A stretch of DNA of 49,697 nt, counting the filler, from Sphacelaria rigidula (lineage: Eukaryota), in the NCBI GenBank assembly GCA_964200075.2. It is 3 parts of 3 records of this genome, joined end to end, with 100 filler letters (N's around TTAATTAATTAA, not from the genome) between each part and the next. Parts side by side here need not be neighbours in the genome. Positions count along the whole stretch, not along the records: positions 33,203 to 49,697 come from CAXNAA020001335.1; 2 more parts are not named here. The stretch is one strand, 5' to 3'. Position 1 is the stretch's first letter. Every line of letters starts with the position of its first letter. Made by a program: the position numbers and the translations under genes. The notes beneath the pieces were generated by a model. It saw only the letters and a list, made by a program, of their open reading frames with translations. It made no database searches and had not been told where the DNA came from. Of the stretch, positions 49,691 through 49,697 are shown piece after piece.

Positions 49691-49697
49691 TACGTGA

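Overview
Eukaryotic, intron-rich nuclear DNA. The gene and repeat families suggest a brown alga (Phaeophyceae, Ectocarpus-like); this is an inference. The window is not one locus. Two 100-nt artificial spacers (44 N + TTAATTAATTAA + 44 N, at 16506-16605 and 33103-33202) join three blocks of 16505, 16497 and 16495 bp, which look like size-sorted unplaced contigs. Block 1 (1-16505) is decayed mobile DNA. It holds a spliced relic resembling a D5/SF3 primase-helicase, interrupted by two arrays of a 42-bp palindrome-containing repeat. It also holds further orphan exon relics, a decayed RTE-type LINE with a tRNA-like 5' head, and a minus-strand frame broken only by TGA codons. Block 2 (16606-33102) holds one large minus-strand gene with 24 reconstructed exons, encoding a Pmp/pectin-lyase-like beta-helix ectodomain, a Cys-rich stalk and a multi-TM TRP-like (Flc/Pkd2-type) domain. 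Block 3 (33203-49697) holds a 5'-truncated DEDDy 3'-5' exonuclease gene (MUT-7/EXD/WRN-exo type) fused to a DUF3427/SRA(PUA)-like domain, nested DNA-transposon remnants, an ankyrin pseudogene and an LTO1/ORAOV1 gene. All family assignments come from motif recognition by eye; no searches were run.
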